The notes: generated by a model not told the origin, from the letters alone. A DNA stretch of 64,000 nucleotides from Desulfatiglandales bacterium (GCA_963667015.2 CAXXJJ010000001.1:32001-96000); one strand, 5' to 3'; shown: positions 1 through 10,160, counted from the stretch's first letter. Numbers and translations: made by a program.

Positions 1-1430
1 GTTTCAAGAGGCTGCACCAGCTTAAGGTGGGGAAATGAAATGGATGAAAGGTTTCTCTGAGAGATATTTCCGGATTTTCCTCCGCCGTATCGCATGGTTT
101 GTATTCGTATGCGACTGTTTGCTTCGGGTATCTTTCCCCGAACGCCGTCTCCGAACTTTATGATACCGGCTTCAGCATCAAGTTCATAAAAACGATCATT
201 GCGATCAGCAGAAAGAAGCTGCCGGTTATACCACCTCTGATAGCCGGTGCCGATTTCTTCAACCTGCAGTTCAAAACTGTCCGGGTCAACAGAGCTCCCC
301 GGGAGCTGCACCTGTAGATCAGCTGCCCCGCTCGCTGCAGCAACCACAACATTCTGGATAGTTTTTCTCTGATCAATAGATACCGCGTTAACCCCCAGCC
401 ATCTGACTGGCAGGGTTTCACTGAGCTGTTTGGGGCTGAGGCGAATCCATGTCACGAGACGACCGGCCTCTTCTTCATTGTCGATACGCGGGGGAAGGTT
501 TCCTGTTCCGGCAAAAATGTTAATATCCACACTGTTATCGGGCAATGCAATACGATCTGGAGATGGGAGGGCAAGTTTAACTATGCCCTGTCCTGTAAAA
601 CACTTTGTGCTGTCTGACACTACTTTCAGATTAAGGTAGGGTATTTCAAAGGAGATTCCATCCTTATCTGTTCTTGCCGAAGGCATCTCCCACTGCCATA
701 TCTCTTTGTTATTTACGGGTTCACTTATATCTTCATCAAAATTGGGGACAGATAAACGTGGAGCAAATCCTATATTAATGATCTTTTCTCCATATTCGTT
801 GGAATGAAATGAGTTTTTTGCAGTCTCAACACTGGCGGCATCTGGTGCAAGAATGGCGATCCACAGACTCTGATCTATAGTTTCTCTGGAAACATCAATA
901 CCATCCGGATCATTAACCGCTTCCTGAAACATTGGAGTGGTAACATAGGGTTCGCTCTGATCAATGTCATAAATTCCTTCAAGGTGAAGCTGAATCTCTG
1001 CAAAGATCTTTTTTTCCGCTTCAGTCGGGCGGCGCTTGATGTATACTTTTCCGGTGATTGGAAAGACTGTAATTTCTTCACTGGTCTCAAAAGAAACAGG
1101 ACCCTTTATTGCAGTATGTAAAGGAACGTTTACACTATGATTATATTTTCCCTTTACAGGTTCCAGGACCACCAGGCCTGTGGCTGCGATTGCCGGCTGC
1201 ATGGGGATATTCAGAAGCCTCAGGAATTCCAGTCGCTGACGCTCCGGAATAAGGTTAACCCTGTAAAGAAGGGTATCTGCAAGCCAGGCAAACAGATCAA
1301 TAATGGTATGTCCCGGGTCACCCTCCTGTGGATTGGTCCATTCCGGGGTATGTGCGGGAATACGGGCAATCATTTCCTGAACCAGATCCTGGAAATTGCG
1401 GTCATCTAATTCATATCGTGGTATTGGCAT
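1..1430 (-). CDS. eCIS baseplate J/gp47-like (Afp11-type) baseplate assembly protein; partial, its 3' end runs off the left edge
   Basis: Not in the ORF track because there is no stop in the window. Hand translation from ATG at 1430 gives MPIPRYELDDRNFQDLVQEMIARIPAHTPEWTNPQEGDPGHTIIDLFAWLADTLLYRVNLIPERQRLEFLRLL, the typical N-terminus of eCIS baseplate proteins. The same frame reads ...RYGGGKSGNISQRNLSSISFPHLKLVQPLE at the edge. The middle was not checked codon by codon. Confidence 0.9.
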   Translation of the reverse strand, partial: MPIPRYELDDRNFQDLVQEMIARIPAHTPEWTNPQEGDPGHTIIDLFAWLADTLLYRVNLIPERQRLEFLRLLNIPMQPAIAATGLVVLEPVKGKYNHSVNVPLHTAIKGPVSFETSEEITVFPITGKVYIKRRPTEAEKKIFAEIQLHLEGIYDIDQSEPYVTTPMFQEAVNDPDGIDVSRETIDQSLWIAILAPDAASVETAKNSFHSNEYGEKIINIGFAPRLSVPNFDEDISEPVNNKEIWQWEMPSARTDKDGISFEIPYLNLKVVSDSTKCFTGQGIVKLALPSPDRIALPDNSVDINIFAGTGNLPPRIDNEEEAGRLVTWIRLSPKQLSETLPVRWLGVNAVSIDQRKTIQNVVVAAASGAADLQVQLPGSSVDPDSFELQVEEIGTGYQRWYNRQLLSADRNDRFYELDAEAGIIKFGDGVRGKIPEANSRIRIQTMRYGGGKSGNISQRNLSSISFPHLKLVQPLE

Positions 1431-1432
1431 AA

Positions 1433-1837
1433 TTAGCTTCCTAAATTCATTTTTAACATCATAGCGGCCTGCGCACCGCTGCGTTTAATCCGGTAGGCTA
1501 ATTCGATCCTTAGACTGTCCGGGGTTCTGTCTTCAAAGACCTCCACCCGGTCAACAATTATTCTTTTTTCATACTGATCAAGAACCTGGAATATGAGATC
1601 CTGAATTTCCTGCCGGACATCAAGAGTATTTGACTGATGTAAAAACCTTGATAATCCGGCCCCAAACCAGGGGCGCATAAGCTGCTCCCGTGGCCTGGTA
1701 AGTAACAGAATCCTGATATATTCCTTAATGCTCTCTTCAAGAGCAGGATATTTCAGGCTTCCATTCTGCGGAACCGGCAGGAGAGGCCAGCCAACAGGTG
1801 GATATGGTATATTTTTGTTTGTTTTTTTATCAGTCAT
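1433..1837 (-). CDS. GPW/gp25 family baseplate wedge protein (Afp9-like)
   Basis: GWPLLP...SIKEYIRILLLTRPREQLMRPWFGAGL...YEKRIIV is a gp25 signature. Likely start is ATG 1837, overlapping the upstream stop. Confidence 0.9.
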   Translation of the reverse strand: MTDKKTNKNIPYPPVGWPLLPVPQNGSLKYPALEESIKEYIRILLLTRPREQLMRPWFGAGLSRFLHQSNTLDVRQEIQDLIFQVLDQYEKRIIVDRVEVFEDRTPDSLRIELAYRIKRSGAQAAMMLKMNLGS

Positions 1838-4334
1838 TATCTTTCCCTTTAAAGCCGGGTATGGGTAGGCACATGAACAGATAGGGTATCCATCCGAAAA
1901 AGATGTTGAACAGGTTAACAATAATAATCATGAGAATAAGTGCACACAGTGTAACAATGGGGATAGATATGGAACAGAACATGCCTATTGTTTTACCTTT
2001 ACTTTTACAGGGGCCGGTGGGGCCCATAGAAGGAAGATTCTTGTGAAATGGCCATGGAAGTACAGATAGAACAAGATCTGCGAATGTGATTTTCTTGATC
2101 TTTTTGATTTTTCCACAGAGCATGTCTGAGATCAGGAACATTGCATTTTTTTTGTACTTGCGAAGTCCGGAAGGAGAGATATCCATTGGTAAGGATATTC
2201 GAACCTGTCTTGCAGGCGCATCAGGATCAAAAAAAGGAGCCATTTCAAGCATTCGACTTGGCCTGCTTAAAACCGCCGGGAACATGGGGCCGCAGTTAGG
2301 TCTCTCAAACACGCAGCGGATTACAAAGCGGGTATCTCTATGATCAAGAAGGGGGTTGAAGCTTAAGTCCGTTTCCCGTTCAGGGGATATCTCAGGCGCC
2401 GGTAAAAGAGAATCCACGAGATCTGTAAATACTTCGAGTTTTTCGGCCATGATGTCAAGTGGCTGTAAATTTTCTGTTGATACTGTAACCGGAGGAAGAA
2501 CAGCAGACTCTTCTGTCTCAAGCCCGGTATCAGGATCAGCCAGGGGGAATATAAAATCAGGCCATAAAGGATCAACTGCCTCATCCATAACATCGTCAGC
2601 AGGCAAATCCTCCGGCGGAGTTTCACGGGTGAATGGTACGGTGAGGATGCCTAGGTTCTCTTCATGATTTTTTATCTCTGTCAGGGCCTCGGCCAGAGAG
2701 TTTTTGATGGTGATTCTTTTGAAGAATAAATCCTCAACACCTATTGCATCAATAAGATTGTCCAGGTCCGTACGGAGTAAACCTGTAAATATTGTTTTAA
2801 GTTTTTTTTCAGCGCTGATCAGCCGGCTGGCTGGAAGTATGTTAAGGGCATTTTTTACCAGGTCGGGTAAATACTTTTTTATATATTCAGAAATATCAAG
2901 CAGGGTAAGCCATATTTTTGTTTTTTGAATATCTCTAATCTTATAAAAGAGCGATCGGTCGCTAATGTCAAAGGCTTCGCCGTTAATCCATTCAGGCAGA
3001 ACATCCGTATATTTATCCCATGAAAAATTCGTGTCCGAATCATCTATCTTTTCTTCCAGCGTCCAGAGGGCTTTTAATTCGTCCCACATGCTGTTTTCAG
3101 TGATCGGGTTTTTTGAAGATGCACAATGATCTATGGCCAGGGCCGCCATGTTTGCCGGAGGAAGAGTTGTATCTTCGAGCAGATCAATGAATTGCTGTTC
3201 TGTAGCATTCAGCCCGGATTTCTGATTTTCTTTGGTAAGCACTTTCCATATCTGAGGCAGATTTGTTTCTATAAAATTTGCAAAATCAAGCAGGATATAC
3301 CATGATCCGGTCTGGATCTGGTCTCTTGCGGTTTTAAGGGATCTTGCCCTGTCCGCTGCCGCTAAATCTTCCTTATACCGATCTGAAAAATTCGGAAAGC
3401 TGTCAGAATCTGTACTTAGTGATGTTTTAACGTTAAAGGCCTGTTCAATCAGTGTTCTCCAGGGCACTATTATATCAGCATAAAAGATATTTTTAAGGTG
3501 TCCGGCTCCGCCCTCTACTGAAGGAACAGGGTTAACAATGTTATCCTTCATTATCCCTGAAGCCTCCGGGGCACCCATCCATTCTTCACGTTTTCCAACC
3601 GGGATAAATCCTGCGAGAAGCTGTCGATTGTTATTGCAATAGTCTGCATAGTGCATTGGAAACATGGAGTGCTGTTCTTCATTTGAAATCAGGACACGGT
3701 TTTGATCGTCCGAAGGATTTTTAGAAGAAACCTTTTTCCAGGCCTTGCCTGCAGAAGTTGTAATAAATGCATATTCGCCGTTTTTTTCTTCATCTTTTCC
3801 TGACACATAAGCCCGGACAACAAAGGTAGCCTTTTCGCTGTTCCTTAATTTAAGCCTGTAATCAGGGAAACCTGTTGTTTTAGAAATAAGAGAAGACGCC
3901 ACAAGGTAATACCTGCTCTGAGCCGGCTGATATAACTTGAGGGTCGGAAGAAGGTCTGAAGTTTTGCGGCTTATTTTTGATAACTGCGCTGACGGTAGTC
4001 TATTGTTTTTATTCAGCATAGTCTGATTATTGATAATAAGTTTGCTTCCGTTATAAAGCCTTTTCTGGAACTGATTTGGTTTTTCCTTAAAAACAGGCTG
4101 GGGTGACGGCATCGGATTCCGCCATGTTTCAGGCTGTGCCTCCCACTCAGTAATACGGTAAGGACACTGGTCCAGCATTGCCAGGAGTTCTTCCATAAAA
4201 TTATCGTTTTCAAATCTCAGAATCATGGGTGTCTGGATCTGAGACTGTTCCGGCAGTTTTATCCAGCGGCTGTAGTCTCCCCACAGGGGTGAAGGTTCCA
4301 TCCATTGTATGGGGCAGCACTTTTCAGAAGACAT
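1830..4334 (-). CDS. Uncharacterised ~834-aa eCIS-operon protein with hydrophobic C-terminal membrane segment(s)
   Basis: Long ORF coupled to the spike gene by a TAATG overlap at 4332-4336. The C-terminus IGMFCSISIPIVTLCALILMIIIVNLFNIFFGWIPYLFMCLPIPGF is strongly hydrophobic. Confidence 0.85.
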   Translation of the reverse strand: MSSEKCCPIQWMEPSPLWGDYSRWIKLPEQSQIQTPMILRFENDNFMEELLAMLDQCPYRITEWEAQPETWRNPMPSPQPVFKEKPNQFQKRLYNGSKLIINNQTMLNKNNRLPSAQLSKISRKTSDLLPTLKLYQPAQSRYYLVASSLISKTTGFPDYRLKLRNSEKATFVVRAYVSGKDEEKNGEYAFITTSAGKAWKKVSSKNPSDDQNRVLISNEEQHSMFPMHYADYCNNNRQLLAGFIPVGKREEWMGAPEASGIMKDNIVNPVPSVEGGAGHLKNIFYADIIVPWRTLIEQAFNVKTSLSTDSDSFPNFSDRYKEDLAAADRARSLKTARDQIQTGSWYILLDFANFIETNLPQIWKVLTKENQKSGLNATEQQFIDLLEDTTLPPANMAALAIDHCASSKNPITENSMWDELKALWTLEEKIDDSDTNFSWDKYTDVLPEWINGEAFDISDRSLFYKIRDIQKTKIWLTLLDISEYIKKYLPDLVKNALNILPASRLISAEKKLKTIFTGLLRTDLDNLIDAIGVEDLFFKRITIKNSLAEALTEIKNHEENLGILTVPFTRETPPEDLPADDVMDEAVDPLWPDFIFPLADPDTGLETEESAVLPPVTVSTENLQPLDIMAEKLEVFTDLVDSLLPAPEISPERETDLSFNPLLDHRDTRFVIRCVFERPNCGPMFPAVLSRPSRMLEMAPFFDPDAPARQVRISLPMDISPSGLRKYKKNAMFLISDMLCGKIKKIKKITFADLVLSVLPWPFHKNLPSMGPTGPCKSKGKTIGMFCSISIPIVTLCALILMIIIVNLFNIFFGWIPYLFMCLPIPGFKGKDND

Positions 4335-5035
4335 TACCATATATTCCCTGCTCCAGGCGTATAGGAAGAGCTTATTACACTGTTTGTTATAACTGTATCA
4401 GCCCTTACTACACCGTTGAACTGTGACATTGGCGCATTCACGGTAACTGTTGACGCAGACACATTAACCTGTGATGCCTGTACTCTTACGCTCATTGGCG
4501 TGTCAACAGTTACACCTTGCGGATCAATGGTTACTGTTGTTCCCGCTGTTCTGAACTCAATCTTTCCTCCTCCTGCGTCAGTCAGTTCACCGCTGGTACC
4601 GTTTGGCGTTGTAAATTTTATGGTCGCGGTTGAGGGGGATTCCTCTTCAATTGCAATCCGGGTACCTGCTTTACCTTTTATAGTCCACCGATCGACGGAA
4701 TCACCGCTTCCGCCCAGGGTTTCGGGTGCAGAATCCGAACCGTTCCACATAGAGCCGAGTATGATCGGATACCGGCTGTCTCCATTGACAAAAGAAACCA
4801 CTACTTCATCATTTACATCCGGAAGGAAAAAAGCACCCTTATTATCTCCTGCAAAAGGGGCGGCAACCCGTGCCCACAGTCTTCCTTCCTGCCGGGGGGA
4901 GCCGCTGTGGGAAAACAGTTCAATCTGGATACGGTTCAAACGATCCGGATCATTTACTGATGTCACCTTTGCCAGCTGGAGGTCCTGTGTGATCGGGGCT
5001 GATTCAGTTAAGGCATGCAAATTATCATTCTCCAA
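4334..5035 (-). CDS. Phage baseplate assembly protein V / gp5 OB-fold spike (C-terminal half of a split VgrG/Afp8)
   Basis: LAKVTSVNDPDRLNRIQI...WARVAAPFAGDNKGAFFLPDVNDEVVVSFVNGDSRYPIILGSMWNG followed by short beta-repeats. Start uncertain (TTG 5035 or ATG 5068). Confidence 0.9.
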   Translation of the reverse strand: MENDNLHALTESAPITQDLQLAKVTSVNDPDRLNRIQIELFSHSGSPRQEGRLWARVAAPFAGDNKGAFFLPDVNDEVVVSFVNGDSRYPIILGSMWNGSDSAPETLGGSGDSVDRWTIKGKAGTRIAIEEESPSTATIKFTTPNGTSGELTDAGGGKIEFRTAGTTVTIDPQGVTVDTPMSVRVQASQVNVSASTVTVNAPMSQFNGVVRADTVITNSVISSSYTPGAGNIW

Positions 5036-6119
5036 GATAGGCACACTGAGCATTAAAACCGGTTTCATACCCTGATGTGCCCGAATACATGTGATGGGTA
5101 GCAGTTACATAATAGGTATTGCTGAAACGCGGCCCAAGACCGTTGAGTGTCAGGTGGGAGCCTACTCTCAAATTGGGATTGCCCAGAGCAAGGCCCTCTG
5201 CGCAGACAAATCTTCTTGCCCTGTCTGAAAAAGATGCGTTAACAAGTGCATCTGCCTCTGCCTGATTCTGAGCACATACATGTGACATGTGTTCAGTGCG
5301 TTCACTAAAGTGTTCCTCCATGAACCCTGAGCCCGGCCGTCCTCTTCCAGGGCCTAGATCCGCCCCACTGCCGGATTCAGCCTGGAAATCCTGACCGGCT
5401 CTCACATCAAATCCTGAACAGGTTATCCTGTTTACCTGATGTGCAAGGTCAGCAAGTATACGGACACTTTTAAGCTGGCTTCCGAACTCAAGAGATATCT
5501 CGTTTCTCCGAATATCGCTTCGCGGAGAGATGGTAAGCTCTTCATCTATTATCTGTAAATCAGCATCAAACCGGTTAACAAGCTTTCTTATAAAGGCAAG
5601 GTCCGACTGATTCAACTGCATCTGCGGGTCAACACTTTGATCAAGGCCGCTGATATTGCACCTTATACCAAGATCTCCGGCAATTGCTTCCACTATGGAA
5701 CTAACAGTGCCGCCTTCGTGAAGTTTTGTATGCCTTGTAAGCCTAGCCTTTTGCAGAGAATCTTCTGCAAGGACAATCAGCCCAGGCTGCCTGTCTTCAC
5801 TCATAATCATCTCGATGGCACTGATCCTTCCTGTGAAAAGCTCCTGTGGAGCATTGGCGTCACCCGCAAGGACAGAAATTCTTTTACCTAAAGAGAGCAG
5901 GTCGTTGTCACTGTATTCAAATGCAAAGTCATTCCCATGCTCACCTACAGTTGCGGAGTTTTCAAAGCTTAACTCAAGTGAAGACATTCCCTGATCTGAT
6001 TCAGACATGTCCATTCCTGTAAAAAGGCTCTGGATCATCTCGTTTCTCTGTCCATCTATTTCAATGACAGGGCGTGTGCTGTAAATCTGGTTTGGAGTTA
6101 ACTGTATTTCGTCAGTCAT
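5025..6119 (-). CDS. Phage late-control gpD / gp27-like hub protein (N-terminal half of a split VgrG/Afp8)
   Basis: LFTGRISAIE, QLNQSDLAFIRKL, GNPNLRVGSHLTLNGLGPRFSNTYYVTATHHMYS motifs; directly upstream of the gp5 gene. Confidence 0.88.
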   Translation of the reverse strand: MTDEIQLTPNQIYSTRPVIEIDGQRNEMIQSLFTGMDMSESDQGMSSLELSFENSATVGEHGNDFAFEYSDNDLLSLGKRISVLAGDANAPQELFTGRISAIEMIMSEDRQPGLIVLAEDSLQKARLTRHTKLHEGGTVSSIVEAIAGDLGIRCNISGLDQSVDPQMQLNQSDLAFIRKLVNRFDADLQIIDEELTISPRSDIRRNEISLEFGSQLKSVRILADLAHQVNRITCSGFDVRAGQDFQAESGSGADLGPGRGRPGSGFMEEHFSERTEHMSHVCAQNQAEADALVNASFSDRARRFVCAEGLALGNPNLRVGSHLTLNGLGPRFSNTYYVTATHHMYSGTSGYETGFNAQCAYLGE

Positions 6120-6121
6120 TA

Positions 6122-6298
6122 TCAGTCAGCCATTAAACGCAGTTTTCTTATTTCGGCATGTCTCAATAATTTTTGGAGATCGGCCTGAGACACAGCTCTC
6201 TCTTCACTCTGTTCACTGTTTTGAATCTGATCACTGCTGCTTCTCCGGGTATCCGGTGCGGAGACTTCTGATACTATTTCATCAAAAACAATTCCCAA
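6122..6298 (-). CDS. Small 58-aa eCIS protein (Afp6-like by size and position)
   Basis: Below the ORF-track cutoff. TTG start, MGIVFDEIVSEVSAPDTRR...LLRHAEIRKLRLMAD*. It fills the gap between flanking genes with 2-3 nt spacing. Confidence 0.65.
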   Translation of the reverse strand: MGIVFDEIVSEVSAPDTRRSSSDQIQNSEQSEERAVSQADLQKLLRHAEIRKLRLMAD

Positions 6299-6301
6299 TT
6301 T

Positions 6302-7234
6302 TTATTCCTCAAACTTAATCCCCAGCTCAATGTCGGAATTCAGGCCTACATCTGCTGTCATACCGGCTCCTGCCTCAAACCCGGCCTGTATACCTCCGAC
6401 ATTCAGGGAAAGTTTTGCTCTTGAAGTAAGATTTGCTTTTATACCGGCCTCTGTCCGCAGGTTTGAAAACCGTGACTCTGTTTCTCCCAGTGAACCGGAA
6501 GAGTTTGCCCTTAAAGAACTCCGGGCTGACGCCATATTTCCTGATATTTGAGAGCCCACTACAACTGCATTCACTTCAGGAAGACGAAGGTTTTCTATTC
6601 CATTCGCCCTTGCAAGAGATCTTCCCGCATTTGAATCTCCGGCAAGCCTGGCGATATCTGTTAAATTATCATTCTGACCCAGTGAGCGTATCGGATCGTT
6701 TGATCCCAGTGCCTGGTTAAGATTCTGTTGGCCAGGTAGTCTGTTTCCGCTTCTTTCAGCAGGACTGAAACTTCTCTGCTGCTGTGACAGAGAAATGGTA
6801 ACTGCTGCCCTTAATGGAACGCCCTCCTGAGAAAAGAGTTCTACCCGTTCCCTGTAGGTATCTATATATCCTTCAAAGAGAATGGTTCCCCATCTGAATA
6901 TGACAATGGACGGCACTTTGACTGCATTGGCATTTCGCCTTCGCGGTGTCTGCTGAGCCGGGTCCATCATTCTGGCAATTTCATTTGTTTTTATTCTTAC
7001 ATCCGTTCCATCCAGGGTTGTGTCAAAAACAAGCTCCATGTTTAGCTTGGCAGTGGCTTCGTTAACCACCTGTGCGGGCAGATTGCGGTTTCCCTTTTGA
7101 ACGGTGTTGGTAAAAGTAATATCCAGCGTTTCAGGGTTAAAATGAACCTCTATTTCAGTGCGTTCGCTTTCAGGTATTTCTCTGCCGTCCTGATCGGTCT
7201 TTGCAATAAATACTGCTCGTGAAGGTTCAGGCAT
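6302..7234 (-). CDS. CIS tube-initiator protein with LysM-like segment (Afp7-like)
   Basis: VHFNPETL...LNMELVFDTT...PSIVIFRWGTILFEGYI...LFSQEGVPLRAAVTISL, then LysM-like DNLTDIARLAGDSNAGRSLARANGIENLR. Confidence 0.85.
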   Translation of the reverse strand: MPEPSRAVFIAKTDQDGREIPESERTEIEVHFNPETLDITFTNTVQKGNRNLPAQVVNEATAKLNMELVFDTTLDGTDVRIKTNEIARMMDPAQQTPRRRNANAVKVPSIVIFRWGTILFEGYIDTYRERVELFSQEGVPLRAAVTISLSQQQRSFSPAERSGNRLPGQQNLNQALGSNDPIRSLGQNDNLTDIARLAGDSNAGRSLARANGIENLRLPEVNAVVVGSQISGNMASARSSLRANSSGSLGETESRFSNLRTEAGIKANLTSRAKLSLNVGGIQAGFEAGAGMTADVGLNSDIELGIKFEE

Positions 7235-7287
7235 TTTCAGGTCCCTGTTTTACACATTTATTGTTGTAAGATACTTTTGAAGTATCC

Positions 7288-7779
7288 CTATAAAAGCTCA
7301 TGGGTTAACCCCTCATGGACAAAGTGAAGCTCTTCAATAGCGATCTGTGTAAATGTTGAGTTATAGTCTGCGGTTCTGAATTTTGTGGGGAGAGCATTTT
7401 TCATACGCCAGGCCATCACCGGAACCCGTCCCTTGTTTTTGTTGTAGGCGATCTGAATTATTTCAGCATCCAGGCGATAGGAGTAGGCACCCTCTGCAAC
7501 AAGGTGAAACCATTTCCACAGATCCCTGTTTTTACTGACTCCTCTTTTTAAAACCACAGTTGCGAAACTGGTTCTGCCGACACGCTGTATTCCACCGTAA
7601 TTCCGGCCGCCTTCTTTTATTGTTTTTGGTTCCATGGTGGCTTCAAGACCGGTACACTCGGAAAACGCACCGGCACAAAGGCTTCGTTCTTCGCCGGATG
7701 AGCTTTCCCTTGCAAGAGAAAAATTAACCTCAAAATTAAATACACCGAGGGGATAATCCAGTATTGATTCCTGTGGCAT
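7288..7779 (-). CDS. Phage tail tube protein, T4 gp19-like (Afp5-like)
   Basis: FSECTGLEATMEPKTIKEGG...VVLKRG...IAIEELHFVHEGL gp19 motifs. Confidence 0.92.
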   Translation of the reverse strand: MPQESILDYPLGVFNFEVNFSLARESSSGEERSLCAGAFSECTGLEATMEPKTIKEGGRNYGGIQRVGRTSFATVVLKRGVSKNRDLWKWFHLVAEGAYSYRLDAEIIQIAYNKNKGRVPVMAWRMKNALPTKFRTADYNSTFTQIAIEELHFVHEGLTHELL

Positions 7780-7807
7780 GAGTGTATATGTCCCTGTTCT
7801 GTATCTT

Positions 7808-9652
7808 CTATCCGGTTATGATTTTCCGGTTTTTATCTATCATCATGTTTACTGTTATGCGTTCAATAGGCAGTGCAGGCTGTAGACTGATATTGACAAT
7901 AAACCTGCCGTTATCAATATCCTGCCTTGTCATGGTTGAATGGCCGCACTCAACGGAAAAAGCATCTTTTGGGGATGCTCCTCCCAGACCTTTATTATTG
8001 TAAATTTTCATCAATAGCGCTGTCATGGTATCTGTAATTAATTTCCAGGTACGCTGACCGTTTGTTTCAAATACTGTGTTCAGCCCCAGTATCCTGGCTG
8101 ATTTGTGAATAAGAACCATTATCCGTCTGACCACGGCATACCTGTGGGAAATGCTGCGGGATGCCGTAACATCAGACTGCAAAAAAATGCCGGTAGGTTC
8201 AAAACCAAAAAATGAAACACGGTTATAAAATGAAGTTTCTGCAGAACCCCGGGGATTGTATGCATCAATTCTTTCTGGAAAAAGATCATAACACTGGTGA
8301 ACCTGCTGCTCTGCGATACTTCGGTACGCTCCCTTAAAAAGTGCGGAGCCGGCAAGAAGCCCTGCCAATGCACCTTCAGGCGGTTCAATGGATTCCGGTA
8401 ATCCGGCCGACATATCGGTTTTAAGCCATGGAAAGGCAAGCTGCAGTCTTCTGTAAAAGAGATCGTTTTCCGACCTGTCAGGAAAAAGGTCAGTAACAAC
8501 GAAATCTTCAAAGTTATTGCCTGCTGCTGTATCAGGTAAAGGCAGGGACGCAATCAGCTGGTAATCCGGAGCAGAAGTTTCTATAAAGCTGAGAGCAAGG
8601 TCAATAAATCTCTTCCATATACGGTATTCAGTGAATGAATTCCTGGGCGCCTTAAACTGCTCTGCGTAATACCATGGTTTATATGTCTCTTCTGTACTGC
8701 ACTGCACAAAGGTTTCCGGCTTTTCCTGCTCCGGTACTTCTTTCATTGGCGTTATATCTGCGGTAAAAAATTCAACAAGATCCGGAAGACAGAGATAAGC
8801 CGCATCCGATAAATCCGGCAAACAGGCAATGCCGTGTTTTTCTGAATTCGGGCTGTTGCCAGATATCGCTGGAAGGTAACAGTCCGAAAGAGATGTAATT
8901 TTCAGATTGACCTGATTTTCCGGAATAAAATCAGCAGAGTCGCCGTAAAAAAGCCTGTAAACCTGTATGGTGCGATCTCCTTCACCGGAATAGCAGGGAA
9001 GGGGATTTCCCGTTGAAACAACATAACACTTCTGACCGCCTTCCCGAAAAAAACTGCGCACCGCTGCTGCAAGATAATTATCCTGGAGTGAATCATCATC
9101 CTGCATGGTCTTAAAAAAACCCAGACTCTTATTCGGGTATACTGTAAGCTCTCCCGGTATCTGAAGGTTTGTCCGTTTAAGAACAATGTGAGATGAAACA
9201 GAGCCTTCAAGCAGCTTTGCTTCAATAAGGCCGTCACATGATAATCTGAAATGATCGTTCAGCTGATCCACTAAAGATGTACATGAAATGTTCCCGCCAG
9301 CGGTAGTGATCTCAAGATCATATTCCAGGCGGTCAACAATAAAATGCAAATGTGCATCTGCTGATGGTATTGAAAGATCAGCCGGTATACCTGTTCCATG
9401 TATCTGTGCCTGATGAGATAATCTTCCGGGATTGAAGATACTCTTAAAACTGTCCCATGATTCAACAGGCACCGGAAGATTTACGATATCATCATTAATT
9501 TGATACCCTGTCTCTTTCCACCATTGCTTAAGTGATTCGGGCAAAGATATCCCGCTGTTTTTAGAAACAAACCCGACAAAACATACAACATCCATTCTTG
9601 TCGGCTCTACTTCAGTAACAGGAGCCCTGTAATTAAATGTGATGCCGCGCAT
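7808..9652 (-). CDS. Divergent phage tail sheath family protein (second sheath)
   Basis: RMDVVCFVGFV, PVPVESWDSFKSIF, YLAAAVRSFFREGGQKCYVV, and a C-terminal sheath domain (VFETNG...AFSVECG...DIDNGRFIVNISLQPALPIE). Confidence 0.85.
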   Translation of the reverse strand: MRGITFNYRAPVTEVEPTRMDVVCFVGFVSKNSGISLPESLKQWWKETGYQINDDIVNLPVPVESWDSFKSIFNPGRLSHQAQIHGTGIPADLSIPSADAHLHFIVDRLEYDLEITTAGGNISCTSLVDQLNDHFRLSCDGLIEAKLLEGSVSSHIVLKRTNLQIPGELTVYPNKSLGFFKTMQDDDSLQDNYLAAAVRSFFREGGQKCYVVSTGNPLPCYSGEGDRTIQVYRLFYGDSADFIPENQVNLKITSLSDCYLPAISGNSPNSEKHGIACLPDLSDAAYLCLPDLVEFFTADITPMKEVPEQEKPETFVQCSTEETYKPWYYAEQFKAPRNSFTEYRIWKRFIDLALSFIETSAPDYQLIASLPLPDTAAGNNFEDFVVTDLFPDRSENDLFYRRLQLAFPWLKTDMSAGLPESIEPPEGALAGLLAGSALFKGAYRSIAEQQVHQCYDLFPERIDAYNPRGSAETSFYNRVSFFGFEPTGIFLQSDVTASRSISHRYAVVRRIMVLIHKSARILGLNTVFETNGQRTWKLITDTMTALLMKIYNNKGLGGASPKDAFSVECGHSTMTRQDIDNGRFIVNISLQPALPIERITVNMMIDKNRKIITG

Positions 9653-9657
9653 CAGGA

Positions 9658-10110
9658 TTAATCCTCGGAATATGATATTCCTTCGGCGGTCAGCACAAGT
9701 TCTTCCATGGCAACATCAGTTCCGCCTTTGGCGTTGAGGCTCGGACCTGTATACTTGTTCGGCGCTACGTTGTGTAAGGTCCATTTGCCGACCTGGTTTT
9801 CATGGGCTTCATCCTGCAGAACAATTGTTACGCTTTTCTTCTGGGCAACCCAGCCAAGCCTGCGAATATCATTGATCCATTCCCACCAGTCCTTTGAACT
9901 TATGATGCCGCGTTTTAAAGTGACGTCAGGGACCTTATTGATGTTCGGAATTTTCCGTACCTGATTTTCCTTGTCATTTCCATTCCTGTATTCAGCCATG
10001 GTTATTTCTACTCCCAGGCCGGTTACTTCGGAAAATCCTCCGGCATCCTGACCATCGAACTGAACCAGGAAGTTAAAAGCACTGTAAGGAGAAGTTCTAT
10101 TTTCTGGCAT
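9658..10110 (-). CDS. Phage tail tube protein, T4 gp19-like (major tube, Afp1-like)
   Basis: PYSAFNFLV...GGFSEVTGL...EYRNGN...VTLKRGI...KYTGPSLNA...VAMEELVL. Confidence 0.95.
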   Translation of the reverse strand: MPENRTSPYSAFNFLVQFDGQDAGGFSEVTGLGVEITMAEYRNGNDKENQVRKIPNINKVPDVTLKRGIISSKDWWEWINDIRRLGWVAQKKSVTIVLQDEAHENQVGKWTLHNVAPNKYTGPSLNAKGGTDVAMEELVLTAEGISYSED

Positions 10111-10160
10111 TGTGATTACTCCTTTTTAAAGTTATTCAATATTTAGGATATTTTTTTATG

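Noticed and set aside
4416..5075. 219-aa plus-strand ORF
   Set aside because: Antisense shadow of the gp5 spike gene. The same applies to the many short plus-strand ORFs across 1-31 kb.
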